A DNA stretch of 64,000 bases from Bacilli bacterium. Lineage in GTDB: Bacteria; Bacillota_I; Bacilli_A; ML615J-28; CAG-698. How positions within the stretch are numbered: position 1 is the stretch's first letter; every line of letters starts with the position of its first letter. Below are positions 61,549-64,000 of this stretch, one piece after another. A program made the position numbers and the translations under genes. Location of the stretch: positions 192,001 to 256,000 of the forward strand of contig JBMNLZ010000003.1 in assembly GCA_050953065.1 (NCBI GenBank), in the 5' to 3' direction. The notes beneath the pieces are model-generated. The model had not been told where the DNA came from, searched no databases, and saw only the letters and a program-made list of their open reading frames with translations.

Positions 61549-62331
61549 TTAGTAAATATTAGTTCCACTAAATATTTCAATCATTTCTTTTCTTAAACTA
61601 TTTGTTATTTCAAGTCTTACTTTTGGGTCTAATTCATAAACATCTGTATTAAATAAATAATGTTGTAAGTTGATTTCCTTAATTAACATTTTTGTATGAA
61701 AAATGTTAGATTGATAAACATTAACATCAATTGCATCATATATTTTTAAAGTATCAGAACTTATATAGTCTTGAATTGAAGTAATTGAATGGTCTAAAAA
61801 ATGTTTTTTTCCATCTGTATCTCTTGTAAAGCCTCTAACTCTATAATCAATTGTTATAATATCAGAATCAAAACTACTAATTAAAAAGTCTAGGGTACTT
61901 AATGGAGAAATTGTTCCACATGTAGAAACATCAATATCTACTCTAAAAGTAGAAATATTGTTAGCAGGATTATATTCAGGATATGTATGAACTGTGATGT
62001 GGCTTTTATCTAAATGCCCCATAAAATATTTATCAAAATCTTTTCCTAGATTGCATGACTTATCAACCAATTGTTTATCAATTGGTTCTTCTACTAATAA
62101 TAAGTTAACACTTGCTCCTTGTGGCTCATAATCTTGTTTTGAAATGTTTAAAATTTTTGCACCGATTAATTCTGAAACCTTACAAAGAATCGCTGTTAAT
62201 CTTTCACTGTTATATTGTTCATCGATATATGCAATATAATCTAAGTGTTCTCTTTTTGTTTTAGCATAACAAATATCAAAAATGTTAAAGCTTAATGTTT
62301 TTGTTAGATTGTTAAAACCGTATAATTCCAT
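61549..62331 (-). CDS. speD: S-adenosylmethionine decarboxylase proenzyme (E. coli-type)
   Basis: GFNNLTK, YEPQGAS, HLDK-SHITVHTYPE self-cleavage site, VSTCG, DYRVRGFTR. Confidence 0.95.
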   Translation of the reverse strand: MELYGFNNLTKTLSFNIFDICYAKTKREHLDYIAYIDEQYNSERLTAILCKVSELIGAKILNISKQDYEPQGASVNLLLVEEPIDKQLVDKSCNLGKDFDKYFMGHLDKSHITVHTYPEYNPANNISTFRVDIDVSTCGTISPLSTLDFLISSFDSDIITIDYRVRGFTRDTDGKKHFLDHSITSIQDYISSDTLKIYDAIDVNVYQSNIFHTKMLIKEINLQHYLFNTDVYELDPKVRLEITNSLRKEMIEIFSGTNIY

Positions 62332-62361
62332 GTGTCTTCTCCTTCAAAGATTATTTTAAAT

Positions 62362-62390
62362 ATAAAAAACCTAATTGACTAATTAGGTTT
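62362..62390 (-). terminator. Attenuator terminator in the speD leader
   Basis: AAACCTAATT-agtc-AATTAGGTTT-TTTAT on the minus strand, about 30 nt before the speD start. Confidence 0.85.
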
Positions 62391-62450
62391 AATAGGTTTC
62401 TTACATAATTCTAGTTATTGTTTGTGATAATACTAGCATATATCAAAAAC

Positions 62451-62568
62451 CTATTAAATTGCGGATTTTACCGACGGCTCCGGAATCTCACCAGAACTTA
62501 TTTAACATGGGCTCGTTGACATATGTCACATTACCACCGATGAAGTTATGGAATACTCCACCTAATAA
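62451..62568 (-). ncRNA. FMN (RFN)-fold riboswitch variant upstream of the polyamine operon
   Basis: CGGUGGUAA...AGCCCAUG, UUCUGG-UGAGAUU-CCGGAGCC and CGG-UAAAAU-CCG match RFN P3/P5/P6; P1 UUAUUA/UAAUAG; ligand-pocket positions altered. Confidence 0.8.
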
Positions 62569-62575
62569 CAATGTT

Positions 62576-62604
62576 AGTTTATCATAATAGTGTTGTTGTG
62601 TCAA
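62576..62604 (-). promoter_or_regulatory. Sigma-70 promoter of the polyamine operon
   Basis: TTGACA-17 nt-TAAACT with extended -10 TG; predicted start about 62569-62570, at the aptamer 5' end. Confidence 0.8.
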
Positions 62605-62617
62605 TTACTTTTATCTT

Positions 62618-64000
62618 TTATTTGCCTTTTATATAATACCTTTTAGGAGACGTTTTTTTATATTTAATCAAACAAGTATTCTTATCTCCAATTAAATCAC
62701 TACGCCCTGCTTTAATTAAAGCCTCTTTTACTAATTCATAGTTTTGAGGTAAATGATACTGTAAAAGAGCTCTTTGCATTGCTTTTTCGTGTTTATCTTT
62801 TGCAACATAAACCTTATCTTTTAAGAATGGATCCATTTCTGTATAATACATACAAGTTGAAGCTGTCCCTGGGGTTGGATAAAAATCTTGAACTTGTTCA
62901 GGTCGATATTTATTTTCTTTTAAATAAAGTGCTAACTTTATAGCAGAAGAAATTGTTGAACCAGGATGAGATGATATTAAATAAGGAACAAGAAACTGTT
63001 TCTTATCATATTTTTCATTTAATCTTTTAAATTCTTCTACAAAGCTATCATATAGTTTTTTAGAAGGTTTTCCCATTCTTACTAAAACATCATCATCTAT
63101 ATGTTCTGGTGCAACTTTTAGTTGCCCTGAAATATGATGCTTAACTAACTCTTCAAAAAACTCTTTATTCTTATCATACATTATATAATCATATCTTAAA
63201 CCACTTCTAATAAAGACTTTTTTAACATTATCAAGCCCTCTTAGAGTTTTTAAAATCTCTAAATATTCTTTATGACTTACTTCCAGTCTTTCACAAGGAT
63301 TAAAACCAATACACTCTTTATTAACGCAAGCTCCATGTTCTTCTTGTTTACTACAAGCTTTATTATAAAAATTAGCAGTAGGTCCTCCAACATCATGAAT
63401 ATAACCTTTAAAATCAGACATCGCAGTAATCAACAAAGCTTCATTTACAATAGAGTCTTTACTTCTTGATTGAATGATTCTGCCTTGATGCATTGTTAAT
63501 GCACAAAAATTACAGCCTCCAAAACACCCTCTATTAGCAACAATTGAAAACTTAACTTCATCAATCGCTGGAACATGTCCTTTTTTTTCAATTAAAGGAT
63601 GAGTTTTTCTCATGTAAGGCAATTCATAAACTGCATCTAATTCTTTCCTCGACAAAGGAAATTCAGGTGGATTTTGAACTACATATTCTTTATCATAAAC
63701 TTCAACTAAGGCTTTTCCACTAAATGCATCAGTATTATTATATTGCATAATGAAACTATTTAAATAATCTTCTTTATTATTTACTATTTCTTTATAGGTA
63801 GGTAACTTTAAATACTCATATGCTACCATATCTAAAGACCTAGTTTTATAAACTGTATTTCTGATATATATTATATCTTTAATATCCATCCCGCTATTTA
63901 GCGCATCTGCTATTTCAACAATAGGTTTTTCTCCCATCCCATAAACCACTATATCAGCTTTAGAATCTATTACTATTGATTTTAAAACTTTATTATCCCA
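62618..64000 (-). CDS. ygiQ: YgiQ-family radical SAM protein (5' part lies outside the window)
   Basis: Frame open to the window edge (WDNKV...YGMGE); RGCFGGCNFC, DVGGPTAN, LKVAPEH, SSHPG, EQVQDFYPTP. Confidence 0.92.
   Translation of the reverse strand, partial: WDNKVLKSIVIDSKADIVVYGMGEKPIVEIADALNSGMDIKDIIYIRNTVYKTRSLDMVAYEYLKLPTYKEIVNNKEDYLNSFIMQYNNTDAFSGKALVEVYDKEYVVQNPPEFPLSRKELDAVYELPYMRKTHPLIEKKGHVPAIDEVKFSIVANRGCFGGCNFCALTMHQGRIIQSRSKDSIVNEALLITAMSDFKGYIHDVGGPTANFYNKACSKQEEHGACVNKECIGFNPCERLEVSHKEYLEILKTLRGLDNVKKVFIRSGLRYDYIMYDKNKEFFEELVKHHISGQLKVAPEHIDDDVLVRMGKPSKKLYDSFVEEFKRLNEKYDKKQFLVPYLISSHPGSTISSAIKLALYLKENKYRPEQVQDFYPTPGTASTCMYYTEMDPFLKDKVYVAKDKHEKAMQRALLQYHLPQNYELVKEALIKAGRSDLIGDKNTCLIKYKKTSPKRYYIKGK

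Noticed and set aside
62451-62568. speD leader as a SAM-I (S-box) or SAM-I-derived spermidine riboswitch
   Set aside because: No AUC-AGA, GAGGGA-GGCCC or GCAACC-GGUGC core; the conserved blocks match the FMN fold instead.
62451-62568. speD leader as a canonical FMN riboswitch
   Set aside because: A48, A85 and G98 equivalents and J6/1 are changed, the L2 T-loop is missing, and no flavin gene follows.
3569-63469. Short plus-strand ORFs antisense to long genes (e.g. 4522-4794, 6942-7265, 24683-25081, 30706-30993, 58437-58790)
   Set aside because: Shadow frames of well-supported minus-strand genes, with no recognisable motifs.

Overview
AT-rich (under 30% GC by eye) bacterial chromosome segment with almost all genes on the minus strand. 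It uses the standard code (TGA acts as stop; tRNA-Trp has anticodon CCA). Many lipoproteins, crtI/crtB, a membrane pyrophosphatase and anaerobic Ior enzymes suggest a low-GC Bacilli/Acholeplasmatales-like anaerobe (inference). Contents: nnr, a MurQ/GKRP-like SIS protein, an ECF sigma/anti-sigma pair, ribokinase, two ABC systems, three tandem paralogous lipoproteins (one frameshifted), pheA/aroF, a HipBST-type toxin-antitoxin islet next to tRNA-Trp/tRNA-His, an orphan ThsB-like TIR gene, two Ig-HtrA proteases, DUF1538 with two PII-like genes, crtIB, a 1424-aa Big_2 lipoprotein, rplY, hppA, an aminotransferase-iorAB-paaK-ACT operon, bioY, feoAB with a DtxR-family regulator, and a six-gene polyamine operon. 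Two highlights. (1) The leader of the polyamine operon (62451-62568, minus) has the FMN (RFN) riboswitch fold, but several flavin-pocket nucleotides are changed and it is coupled to a terminator/antiterminator. It is a candidate riboswitch variant with a new ligand, possibly a polyamine. (2) A five-gene cluster of SipW-type (TasA/CalY-like) proteins (39739-43367) is gated by three c-di-GMP-I ON riboswitches and is a candidate fibre/biofilm system. All calls come from reading the sequence by eye; no searches were run.
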